DNA of 62,693 bases, the filler included, from Methanobacteriota archaeon (GTDB lineage Archaea; JACRDV01), in assembly GCA_024860865.1 (NCBI GenBank). It is 5 parts of 5 records of this genome, joined end to end, with 100 filler letters (N's around TTAATTAATTAA, not from the genome) between each part and the next. Parts side by side here need not be neighbours in the genome. Positions count along the whole stretch, not along the records: positions 46,193 to 53,892 come from JACRDV010000112.1; positions 53,993 to 62,693 come from JACRDV010000018.1; 3 more parts are not named here. One strand, written 5' to 3'. A program made the position numbers and the translations under genes. Of this stretch, positions 50,212 to 59,313 are shown piece by piece (within the stretch, counting starts at the first letter, position 1; the number at the start of each line of letters is the position of its first letter). The notes under the pieces were generated by a model. That model saw only the letters and a program-made list of their open reading frames with translations. It ran no database searches and was not told the origin of the DNA.

Positions 50212-51480
50212 TTAGTCTCTTCCCATTCGCTTAGGCATTTCTTTGAATATTTTTTCTGCAAATTCTTTCCATTCTTCCCTTTCAAACTCTATTTTTGACA
50301 AACCAAGTTTTATCATTAAACTCTGTTTAGCCTGTATCGCCAGCTTCATTGCTTCCTTTGCTAAGGTTTTTGCTTGCTCTAAGTTGCCAGCTGCCAAGGC
50401 ATTTTCCGCATCTGCAAGTTTTGCTGAAGCATTTGCGAGAATTTGGAGCTCAACTGAAACATTGATACTTTTGTTTTTAGCCTCTTGGATTTTCTCTGCA
50501 ACTTTGCTAATTATTTTCGCTGCAATTAGGATGTGTTTAGTAGCTGATACATTCTTTCCAACTTCAACTTCTTCTTTCTCTTCAGCTTCTAAACTGTTTT
50601 CTAAAATTCTCTCCGCATTCTCTGCATTGTGGCGAGCTGCAACAGCCAGTCCAAAGGCACTTCCGTATTTAGTTTCGTTAAAAGCTTTTTTAGCGTCAGT
50701 TAGATGCTTATCAGCCGTATCAATTAAAGTTTCTGCAGCGGTAGCAGTTAAGTTAATATTTTGCGCTTTCGCCTCTGCTAATTTAGCTTTTGCTTCAGAA
50801 ATTGCTTCTTCTGCTTCAGTTATTGCCTTCTCAGCACGTCCCTCAAGCTTGGTTTCAATTTCATTTAGTTTGGCTTTAATTTTAACTTTGACTTTTTCCT
50901 TGTCGAGTCCTGGCGGGACAATTAATGTTACATTTGTTGTTCCAAGTTTTTCAATAACAATTTTAACTTTATCTGGCACATCATTGACTTTAATGTATAA
51001 TACTGGTATTCTTGCTATTTTAGCATGAACTTTTATTTCATCCATTCCAAACTCGTCATCGCCATTAACAAGTATAACTCTATTTGCCGAACGCCATCCA
51101 TTTTCAGCGATTGCAGCAGCTGTTTCGTATCTAGTTGGTCCCCATAGCCGTATAACTACAACGTTCGCTAAAATAGTTTCTGTAACATTAGGAATAGCAA
51201 CTGGTCCGCCAATTATGTAAACTGTTTTTGGTTTTGAAATAATTATCTCTTTTACTGCACTTTCATTTAATGTGCCCCAATTAGTTACTACTAATTTTGC
51301 TCCTTTTATCTCTGCAAAAACTTCGGCAGCTGTTTTATCGGCTATATTGTTGCTTACTAGAACAACTATGTCAGTTTTTATTGTGCCTGCTGGTTGTCCA
51401 GAAGTTACTGCTGTAGATAGAAGTATTGACATCGCGACGAACCAACTCAAGGCTATTTTTATTTTCATTTTAATCACCAA
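50212..51480 (-). CDS. Secreted protein with cell-wall-binding repeat 2-like domain and coiled-coil C-terminus
   Basis: Signal peptide; YIIGGPVAI and RLWGPTRYETA. Confidence 0.8.
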   Translation of the reverse strand: MVIKMKIKIALSWFVAMSILLSTAVTSGQPAGTIKTDIVVLVSNNIADKTAAEVFAEIKGAKLVVTNWGTLNESAVKEIIISKPKTVYIIGGPVAIPNVTETILANVVVIRLWGPTRYETAAAIAENGWRSANRVILVNGDDEFGMDEIKVHAKIARIPVLYIKVNDVPDKVKIVIEKLGTTNVTLIVPPGLDKEKVKVKIKAKLNEIETKLEGRAEKAITEAEEAISEAKAKLAEAKAQNINLTATAAETLIDTADKHLTDAKKAFNETKYGSAFGLAVAARHNAENAERILENSLEAEEKEEVEVGKNVSATKHILIAAKIISKVAEKIQEAKNKSINVSVELQILANASAKLADAENALAAGNLEQAKTLAKEAMKLAIQAKQSLMIKLGLSKIEFEREEWKEFAEKIFKEMPKRMGRD

Positions 51481-51711
51481 TTGTAAAAGCTATTTTTTAC
51501 GATTAAATAGGTTGTTACGAGAGAGTTACAAAATTGAGAGGCGATGCACCATCAGCCGAAAATGAACCTAGGAAATTGTTCCTAACTGTTCCTTATCGTT
51601 TCTTCAAGTAAAAATACTACCAGTAAGGATCAGAATCTACCTTGCACTTCAAAACAACTTTTTAACAATTCAAATGCAAAATTGAGCTTAAAAGCCTAAG
51701 AATTTAACAAT

Positions 51712-51927
51712 TTACTTCTTTTTTTCGCGTAACCTCTTGGCCGCTTCACCTGTTGTTTTTGAGATTTTTTCGAGAATATCGCCGGTTGTAGTCCTAAGTT
51801 TTTCAGGTGTAATTTTAACCGTCAATTTTGCGACCTCTTTTGTTAATTTGGCTAATTCTCTTAACTTTTGCTTTAATTCTTCCTCTTTCTTTGCTAACTC
51901 TTCCTCTGGCATTTGATCCCTCCTCAT
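51712..51927 (-). CDS. Small coiled-coil hypothetical protein
   Basis: GAGGAGG RBS before the internal ATG; Lys/Glu-rich helix. Confidence 0.6.
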   Translation of the reverse strand: MRRDQMPEEELAKKEEELKQKLRELAKLTKEVAKLTVKITPEKLRTTTGDILEKISKTTGEAAKRLREKKK

Positions 51928-52046
51928 AATATATTTGGAAATATAATCTCTTATTGCCTTGTCGGTTTCTCCATTTCAGAATTTTTAGTGAGAAAAAAGG
52001 CTTAAAAACCGAAAACTCTATTTCTAATGCCTTACAGAAAAAAATA

Positions 52047-52109
52047 TGGGCCGAGGACGATTGATGGGCGATCTGAATAGGTGATGATCTCATGACGGTC
52101 AGAGGCCCA
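52047..52109 (+). ncRNA. C/D-box methylation-guide sRNA
   Basis: Terminal stem TGGGCC/GGCCCA; C-like AGGACGA, 12-nt guide, D' CTGA, C' GTGATGA, 12-nt guide, D-like CAGA. Confidence 0.75.
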
Positions 52110-52146
52110 AAAAGCTCAGATACATATAGTTTAACCAAATTAAAAA

Positions 52147-53205
52147 TTAGCTGCCAAGATTTGCATTAATTGAATCAACCAATTGTGAAAACTCTGTGTC
52201 TTTAGTATCTGAGTGCGCCACTAGTTTAATGTCTCTAGCAGACGTTGCCCCTAATTTCAGCTCAACAGCCCTTTTGATCTGCCTTTGCTCCCATACACTT
52301 TTGTTAACCACTCTGTCCCAAAGACCAAAGCTTTTAACAATGCTTAAACCAACAGCATCTATTGCTACTCTGTCACCGCTTGCTAAAACGATGTTTGTAT
52401 CTCTCGTAGTGCCTCTGAACGGGCCACCAGCGACCATGCTTTTTGTTCCATCCATTATTATTAGATCTGGGCGGATAGCTAAACCAATTTCAGCTATCAT
52501 TTCTTCAATGTTTCTTGAAGTGTGCAAAACTGATCTATTTCGCGGATGTATTATCCCAACCCAATTTTTTAAGCTCATACTGTAAGTAGCAATGCTGTGG
52601 GTCTTTATTACTGGCACACTGACTATTTTTTCCGCCTCATAGACAGTTTTTGGGATCAAAAAACTTTTAAAATATTCAGCTTGTTCAGGTTTTACAGTGA
52701 TCCATTCATCATCATCAAAATAGACTACTTGAGCACCTGCATCTTCTGCAGCCTTTTGAATTCCAGTCTTTCTCATGCTATCCTTTGTAGGATAATGTGG
52801 ATTTGACATATCTCCAACGATTACTTTTGATGCCTTTGCCTCGTAAAGCAATTCAACTACACCCTTTACTACTGAAGGGTTAGTAGTTCCAGGATATGGA
52901 TCGTCGCTATTTACGTTTGGTTTAACTAGGACCTCTTTTTCTCTTACATTAAGCCTCTCTATGCCTCCAATCAATTCCACGCTTTTCTTAACAATCTCGC
53001 CAATGTTTTTTCCTTTTACTATACCAACTAGACTTTTTCTACCCCATATAAATGGATTCAGTTTTCGTTCTTTAATTGGAAAAGTACCAGAAGATTTAAC
53101 AAAAAAATACTGCAATGGTAACATCCACCTATTAATTGTGTATAGAATCGATATGCTCCCAGCTAGGCCAAGAAGATAGATTAATTTTCTCCTTGTGATT
53201 TTCAC
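52147..53205 (-). CDS. DUF362-domain protein with twin-arginine-like leader
   Basis: TRRKLI leader; LVKPN, TTNP, PVIKTH, SLKN, DRVAID. Confidence 0.88.
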   Translation of the reverse strand: MKITRRKLIYLLGLAGSISILYTINRWMLPLQYFFVKSSGTFPIKERKLNPFIWGRKSLVGIVKGKNIGEIVKKSVELIGGIERLNVREKEVLVKPNVNSDDPYPGTTNPSVVKGVVELLYEAKASKVIVGDMSNPHYPTKDSMRKTGIQKAAEDAGAQVVYFDDDEWITVKPEQAEYFKSFLIPKTVYEAEKIVSVPVIKTHSIATYSMSLKNWVGIIHPRNRSVLHTSRNIEEMIAEIGLAIRPDLIIMDGTKSMVAGGPFRGTTRDTNIVLASGDRVAIDAVGLSIVKSFGLWDRVVNKSVWEQRQIKRAVELKLGATSARDIKLVAHSDTKDTEFSQLVDSINANLGS

Positions 53206-53244
53206 CCTATCGCCTAAAAGATTTTTGTAATAATATAATAATAT

Positions 53245-53307
53245 ATATAATTTATAACAATACTTAAAAATTGAAAAATGCCAATATAATTTATAACAAT
53301 ACTTAAA
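53245..53307. repeat. 24-bp perfect direct repeat (two copies) in a divergent promoter region
   Basis: ATATAATTTATAACAATACTTAAA at 53245-53268 and 53284-53307. Confidence 0.8.
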
Positions 53308-53387
53308 TTAGAATTCTTGAACAATATGTCCAGTTTCCTGAACGATTGTATAATATAGAAAGATACTAAGATTTAGTTTGGTTAAAA

Positions 53388-53892
53388 TTGATGAAAAAAA
53401 TATTTTACATCACTTTTATGTCAAGCTTTTTCTTATCAATAGCATTAGTTTTTGCAGTTGCTCACATTTCACTTAGCCCTGACCTAGTTTATGTTCTTCC
53501 TGGAGGAACTGGGACTGTCACTGTTATAGTAACTAGCGATCCAGGTACTCCTGCAGATACAATTTGGCTGTCTCTAGTGGAACCAGTTCCAGGCATGTAT
53601 TTCTACGGTAAGCATGGTTACAATTTTAATGGTAACCCAACCTTCGATCCAAACCCGGTTTACGTACCTAGTGGAGGATCTAACACTTCCACATTAACAT
53701 TCACAGTACCTCCTGGTGCTCCGCCAGATGTTTACCGCTATAACGTCAGGGGAGAAAACTCGATATTGGTTACTAGTGATTTAGGCAAAGTAATAGTTCT
53801 TGAAGTAACAACTACTACGACCACTACAACGACAACTACTACGACCACTACAACGACAACTACTACGACCACTACAACGACAACTACTACGA
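53388..53892 (+). CDS. Secreted Ig-like surface protein with poly-Thr linker; truncated at contig end
   Basis: Signal peptide, beta-rich domain, Thr tract. Confidence 0.75.
53808..53892 (+). repeat. 24-bp tandem repeat (~3.5 copies) encoding poly-Thr
   Basis: Unit ACAACTACTACGACCACTACAACG; probable cause of the contig break. Confidence 0.9.
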
Positions 53893-53992
53893 NNNNNNNN
53901 NNNNNNNNNNNNNNNNNNNNNNNNNNNNNNNNNNNNTTAATTAATTAANNNNNNNNNNNNNNNNNNNNNNNNNNNNNNNNNNNNNNNNNNNN
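53893..53992. other. Artificial contig linker
   Basis: N-TTAATTAATTAA-N. Confidence 0.97.
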
Positions 53993-54170
53993 CCTTGATT
54001 AATACTGTCAATGATCTCTTTTGCAAAATTTTTCATTGCTTGCTCTTAAATAAGTGGGAATTTTGTTGAAGAGCTAAAAATGCTTAGCCTAAAAAACGCA
54101 AAACTTTAGTCAAATGATTTTCTTTATATACTAAAAATATACTATAATAGTATACAAACTTAGTGTTTCT

Positions 54171-54422
54171 ATGAAGTATGACATCCATAAGATGCCGGTG
54201 AAGATAAAGATGCATGCCTCGCAGAGGATTGCAGAGCGAATCAATGGTACGATGGACATAGAAGAGAAGGTATACTTTGTTCGGCGTTTAATAAAAGAGG
54301 GCAAGGTTATCAAAGACATCCGCAAGGATGGCGAGGTAGGCATAATTAAGAAAGGCAAATATCGAGCAAAGTTCACAGTTCGAGAAGGCATTTTGTGGGT
54401 TCTAACGATCGAGGAGGGATGA
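54171..54422 (+). CDS. Putative RelE/DUF4258-like toxin
   Basis: HASQRIAER helix; basic; C-terminal WVLTI strand. Confidence 0.55.
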   Translation: MKYDIHKMPVKIKMHASQRIAERINGTMDIEEKVYFVRRLIKEGKVIKDIRKDGEVGIIKKGKYRAKFTVREGILWVLTIEEG

Positions 54423-54742
54423 ATATGAAGTGCCCGACTTGTAATGCTGATATGGTAAAAAGACAGATTGAGTGGAAGAAAGGTATCTATGTTCGAGCAG
54501 ATGTCTGCCCCAAATGTAAGGAGGAGTTCATCGATTTGGAAGAGCACGAGAGAGCTATGCGAGAGTACACGACGCAGAATATTACAAAACTAAAGAGAAA
54601 TGTCATAAAACTCGGCTCCTCGCTTGCGATAAGGATACCGAAGGATATTGAAACTTCGTTGGGCTTGAAAGAGAAGGATTCTGTCGAAATATTCAGCACG
54701 CGAGAGGGTATCGTTATTAAGCCGAAAAAAGTTAGAGTTTAG
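54395..54742 (+). CDS. Zn-ribbon + AbrB/MazE antitoxin (start probably near 54420-54426)
   Basis: CPTC..CPKC, then KLGSSLAIRIPK. Confidence 0.82.
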   Translation: MGSNDRGGMNMKCPTCNADMVKRQIEWKKGIYVRADVCPKCKEEFIDLEEHERAMREYTTQNITKLKRNVIKLGSSLAIRIPKDIETSLGLKEKDSVEIFSTREGIVIKPKKVRV

Positions 54743-54881
54743 AGGGGCAGGGCTTCTTGAATATCATGGATTGCGTTCATATCCCACGGATTTATTAATA
54801 AAAGATTAAAAACCTCTGGGCTATGTGGAGTCTTCTTCTCCAAGGCTTTGTACCATCTTGCTCAAAGCCTATTCATTGGGT

Positions 54882-55649
54882 TCAATCAAGCACTCGCTCA
54901 GAATGAGAATAGATATTCATTCTATTGCCACGAGCAAATCCGATTAAAGTTAAACCAGTTTTTTGAGCTACTTCAATCCCTGAATCTAAAGGAGCCGTTC
55001 TAGATATCACTAAAGAAATTCCAACTCTAGCCGCTTTTAAGACCATATCAGCAGGTAATCTGCCACTAGATACCAACATGCACTTTTCGAAATCAACTTT
55101 ATTTAAAGCTGCTATGCCAATAACTTTATCAATCGCAACATATCTGCTCACATCTTCAGTAAAAGCAACTACTTTACCTTTTGCAGTTACAAGCATAGCT
55201 GAGTGAACCCCACCAGTTATTTTCCAACCTTTCGATCTCTCTTGAAATTCTTTCAACATTTTAAAAACAATCTCAGGTGAAAATTTATAATTGCTCATTA
55301 TGTTTGGCGCTTGGGATGATAATTTTGCTCGCCAACCTCCAGTGCAATCAGTAGTCAAAATAAATTCCTTTTGAATTTCAAAGTCGCTAGTTTTTGTTGT
55401 TGTGATTCTAATATAGTCTCCATTCAATTCCATTTTTTCAATTTCTTCTAGTGTTTTAACGTAACCCTCGCCCAATAGATAACCAATTGCCGCTTCTTTT
55501 TCTAGTGATGGACTCATTGCTAGGTTAGCTATCAACTCTCCATTAACTAATATGCGCAATCGCCTTTCTATAGGTACAAACTCTTCTCTTTTTTCGATTT
55601 TTTTCTCGGCAGTAAGTCGTAATGCAGAAATTTTAATTGTATTTGACAT
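54882..55649 (-). CDS. fdhD: Formate dehydrogenase accessory sulfurtransferase
   Basis: TGGVHSA, EDVSR..AIDK, SGRL, GFARG. Confidence 0.92.
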   Translation of the reverse strand: MSNTIKISALRLTAEKKIEKREEFVPIERRLRILVNGELIANLAMSPSLEKEAAIGYLLGEGYVKTLEEIEKMELNGDYIRITTTKTSDFEIQKEFILTTDCTGGWRAKLSSQAPNIMSNYKFSPEIVFKMLKEFQERSKGWKITGGVHSAMLVTAKGKVVAFTEDVSRYVAIDKVIGIAALNKVDFEKCMLVSSGRLPADMVLKAARVGISLVISRTAPLDSGIEVAQKTGLTLIGFARGNRMNIYSHSERVLD

Positions 55650-55775
55650 GCTCTCTTATATGTTGTATACCTTTATTAAAATATAATTGGCACCTAAAAT
55701 AACGAATGCTCATAAAAATACTTTTTTGAAAGCGATTTTAAAATTCTTATAGAAAAGAAAAAGAAAGAAAAAAAT

Positions 55776-57044
55776 TTATTTGAGCTTTCTTCGGAGAATT
55801 GCATATATTATTACTGGTATGATTGCAATCAACGGCATCGCTGTTGGCCCACAAATCCCTTTCTTAGGTGCAGGTGGTGGCGTAGGAGCTACTTTCACAA
55901 AGCTATGGACTCCCTTTGCGTATTTTGATGCCCATTCTTTATTCTTTTCTGGATGACACGTAAGACATGCAAAGTCTACAGTGATATATCCAGTTGCATA
56001 CTCCTTGCCATCTGCAGTTTTGTAGGTAAGGTTAACATTTACGTCTGTGTTTATCCTGAAGATATGAGTTTTTACATCCCCATCAAATTTCTTTAAATCT
56101 CCAACTGCTGATTTAGTAGCTTCCGGCATGTGACAATCTGTGCATTTTACTCCTGCCTTTTGCATAGTGCTGCCATTAAATTTTGCTTTTTGAGCGCTAT
56201 GGCAAGTTTCGCATTCTTGTTTAATCCCATTAGCTGCTCCAGTTGGATTAGTTGCCCCTTTGTGAGTGCCCTTGTGGGGATTGTGGCAAGAAATGCACTG
56301 TAGAACTTTATGTGGACCTGCAAGCAACTCTGGATACTGCTCATGATGATCAATAAATCCATCCTTTGCAGGTATTTTAGATGGATCTCCCCTAACATGA
56401 CACAATCCACAGAAGGCTGAGGACTTGTTAATAACAATAGCAACTCCTTTACCTCCGCCTTTAGCGATGTGTTCGCTTCCCGGCCCATGACATGCCTCAC
56501 ATTGCACGCCTCGAAACTCCCAATCTCCAACTATTCCGAGCAGGCCCATGTGATTTGAGTCATAGCTTGAACCAGTGTTGTGACACTTAGTGCAGTCGTA
56601 TTTCTTCACTGCACCCGGCTCATAGTTGCTCCATTTTTTAGTCTCTAAGTTGTACTGGTTTGACCCATTTTTATCTCGATTTGGACCAGTCTTTGTAATT
56701 ATGAAACCGTTTTTATCTATGAACCTTGCTTTCCATCCCCATCCACCTAGCACATAGAGGATATCATTCCAAGTGTAGCCCTCGGGTAATGGAAGATCTG
56801 ACCTTATAGTCTTTGCTTCATCAGGAGTCATTAACTTATAGGGATGTCCCGATGTCTTCCAGTCATCGTACTTTTCTTTATGGCAGGTCTTACATTTCTC
56901 TGCACCCATGTAGACAGCAGTTGGATCGGGCATGACTACCGGTGTTTTTTGGTCCCCTATCACATATTCCTTCGCAGAAACTGTACCAATCGTTGCGATT
57001 ACTAAAATTGATGCGAACAAAATTATAATTCTTATATTGTTCAC
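55776..57044 (-). CDS. Exported octaheme cytochrome c with CGP-CTERM-like anchor
   Basis: 8 CxxCH motifs; signal peptide; Pro-rich linker, KGICGPT, TM helix, RRK. Confidence 0.9.
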   Translation of the reverse strand: MNNIRIIILFASILVIATIGTVSAKEYVIGDQKTPVVMPDPTAVYMGAEKCKTCHKEKYDDWKTSGHPYKLMTPDEAKTIRSDLPLPEGYTWNDILYVLGGWGWKARFIDKNGFIITKTGPNRDKNGSNQYNLETKKWSNYEPGAVKKYDCTKCHNTGSSYDSNHMGLLGIVGDWEFRGVQCEACHGPGSEHIAKGGGKGVAIVINKSSAFCGLCHVRGDPSKIPAKDGFIDHHEQYPELLAGPHKVLQCISCHNPHKGTHKGATNPTGAANGIKQECETCHSAQKAKFNGSTMQKAGVKCTDCHMPEATKSAVGDLKKFDGDVKTHIFRINTDVNVNLTYKTADGKEYATGYITVDFACLTCHPEKNKEWASKYAKGVHSFVKVAPTPPPAPKKGICGPTAMPLIAIIPVIIYAILRRKLK

Positions 57045-57513
57045 ATACTCACCTTTTTAACCCGTTAACAAAGTTACTTATAAATATGACGAATTTAAAG
57101 TCGATTTTGGTCGGAGACAAACAGCATCTGATTGAAAAATTCATTTAAGATTTTTATTTTTTTATTTTTATTTTATTACTTAGTTCTTGGTTCCAACATG
57201 CTTTGAAAAAATAGAAACAAGTTGTAGCTTGGCTTGTAGAATGAATCCTTAATTCACATTTTTGATATAGTTTTGAAAATTGTTATTCTTAAAAAGGAAT
57301 AATATTATTTTCTAAAAAGTTACACAAGAAAATTGTTTAGCACTAAAGAAAAAACTAATTTTGTGGCAATATATTTAGGTTATTAAATCACCAAAAAAAC
57401 GGCTATTTCCGTGAATACGCTCGTAAGCAAAAATAATATTTGCCACTAATATCACAATTAAAAAGTGATAAATTGTAAATTTTGTCACTATATTAATTTA
57501 AAAAAGGATAAAA

Positions 57514-58332
57514 GTGTTTAATTCAGAAGCTGTGAAGGCACTAAAAGAATTCGGACTTACTGAATATGAAGCAAAAGCTCTGATTGGTTTAGCAAGGGGT
57601 AACTCTCACTCAGCTAGCGATCTAAGCGAATTCTCAGCAGTTCCCCGCTCTAAAATTTATGAAGCTTTAAGCAAGCTTGAAGCAAGAGGTTTGTTGGAAA
57701 CCCAAAATGGCAGACCTAAAAAATTTAGAATTGTTTCTTTCGACATGGTTATTCAGAAATTAAAAGAAGAAAGAATTAAACAACTTAAAGAGAAATACTC
57801 TCGAGAAAAAATTGAACTCGAAGAAAATTATAATAAAAAAATGCATTCGCTATCTAATTCAGAAACAATAATTTCTCAAGAATTAAAAACACAACCAACA
57901 GAAGATAATAAAGTAAAGCTGTCGGATGAAGAAGCAATTTGGACATTAAAAGGCAGAGAAAATATACTGGAGCAAATCAAAAAATTGATTGGACAAACAA
58001 GTCGCGAAATCCGAATTATGCTTCCTATTAAAGAAATTTTTGAACTTAAAGATTCTTTAAAATCGATTTCAACTGATGGGATTAGACCGAAAATAATAGT
58101 TCATGAAATTTCAGATAATATAAAAGAACTTCTAAAATTTTGTGATGTTTGGCATGAAAAAAAGGCTCCTTTGAGCTGTGGCTTAATTATCATAGATAAC
58201 GAAGAATTGATTTTTGTAAGCGAATTATTTGAAACGGGCTTTAGAACTAAAAGCAAGAGTACCCTTTCTATGCTCTCGCACTTTTTTGATCATGAATGGA
58301 AGGAAGCTAATCAATTAGTATATTATTTTTAA
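57514..58332 (+). CDS. TrmB-family transcriptional regulator
   Basis: FGLTEYEAK, VPRSKIYE, RPKKF. Confidence 0.9.
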   Translation: MFNSEAVKALKEFGLTEYEAKALIGLARGNSHSASDLSEFSAVPRSKIYEALSKLEARGLLETQNGRPKKFRIVSFDMVIQKLKEERIKQLKEKYSREKIELEENYNKKMHSLSNSETIISQELKTQPTEDNKVKLSDEEAIWTLKGRENILEQIKKLIGQTSREIRIMLPIKEIFELKDSLKSISTDGIRPKIIVHEISDNIKELLKFCDVWHEKKAPLSCGLIIIDNEELIFVSELFETGFRTKSKSTLSMLSHFFDHEWKEANQLVYYF

Positions 58333-58393
58333 CCATTTATTAGAATTTCTTGTGATTATAAAAAAATTATTAAAAAACTTTCCAGCTGCTTAT

Positions 58394-58789
58394 TAGGTCG
58401 CATTCCTCACGGGTGCCTCTTCTTCCTGTGGTAGGCTGTAGGATTTTTGCTCGCTTACCCTGCCGACCTGCGCGGGTTTTGTTAACCCCCAGAGTGGCTT
58501 TTTGCGGAACACCTCTAGCCTCTTGGGGTCAAAAAAAGGAAAAAGAGGGGAGATTTTCTTTCAATCCTCACTTTTCGAGGCACGATTCTTTCGGAGGGCT
58601 TATTATCAGCCGATCCGAGGTCTAATTGCTTTGGTTTGTACACAAAAGTTAGGGCCACTTATGTCGTTTTAACGGTGTGGGTGACCCACCGAAGCGTACA
58701 TTTTATGTTACAGGAGTACACAAAAATTAGTCGCTTACAGTTTAACGATGTAGGCGACCTATCCCGAGGCTGTACTTTATGTTACAGCA
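58394..58789. ncRNA. Unidentified structured non-coding element with a tandem ~76-nt unit
   Basis: GC-rich intergenic island; several long-range stems; duplicated unit at 58638-58715 and 58716-58789. Confidence 0.55.
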
Positions 58790-58824
58790 AGAAATTTTTG
58801 ATTGCAGGCCAAATTCAATAATTT

Positions 58825-59313
58825 TTACCCAAAAACCCTTGTTAAATCAAATTTGTTTTTAAATGTTAAGGCTTTGGTTGGACATAGACCCACACATTTG
58901 GCACAAGAAATGCATTTTTTTCTGTCAAATTCCACGCTACCAAATCCGAGCAATCCATTCGGGACTTCTACAATTCCTTCTAATTTACTTATAGCAAGCT
59001 CTTGGATAAATTTGTATATCAACGCAATTTTTTCTGGAGTTTCTTCGTTTATGTTCAAGATGCTGGATAAATCAAACTCTCTTTTATGTAAATAAGCTTC
59101 TGATGGACAAGCCTCAACGCATTGCAGACAGACCGTACACTTCCTTTTCTCATATTCGATTTCCCCAAATCCATAAATGTTGGCAGGAACCGAAATAAGC
59201 TCCTTAGACTCTTTTACTGCCACTTTTTTTATTAAGTCGAACAATATTTCTCTGTTCCATTTTTTTTCCATTTTATCACTTAACTGCTTTAGGTGGAAGA
59301 GGAAGCTTTTCAT
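58825..59313 (-). CDS. 4Fe-4S ferredoxin-like protein
   Basis: CTVCLQCVEACP and CISCAKCVGLCP. Confidence 0.88.
   Translation of the reverse strand: MKSFLFHLKQLSDKMEKKWNREILFDLIKKVAVKESKELISVPANIYGFGEIEYEKRKCTVCLQCVEACPSEAYLHKREFDLSSILNINEETPEKIALIYKFIQELAISKLEGIVEVPNGLLGFGSVEFDRKKCISCAKCVGLCPTKALTFKNKFDLTRVFG

Noticed and set aside
50243-51028. 261-aa ORF on the plus strand
   Set aside because: Antisense shadow of the Ala/Glu/Lys-rich gene at 50212-51480; the same applies to most short antisense ORFs in the track.
23714-53992. Four identical TTAATTAATTAA palindromes inside N-runs
   Set aside because: Artificial contig-joining linkers, not biological repeats; cross-linker synteny was ignored.
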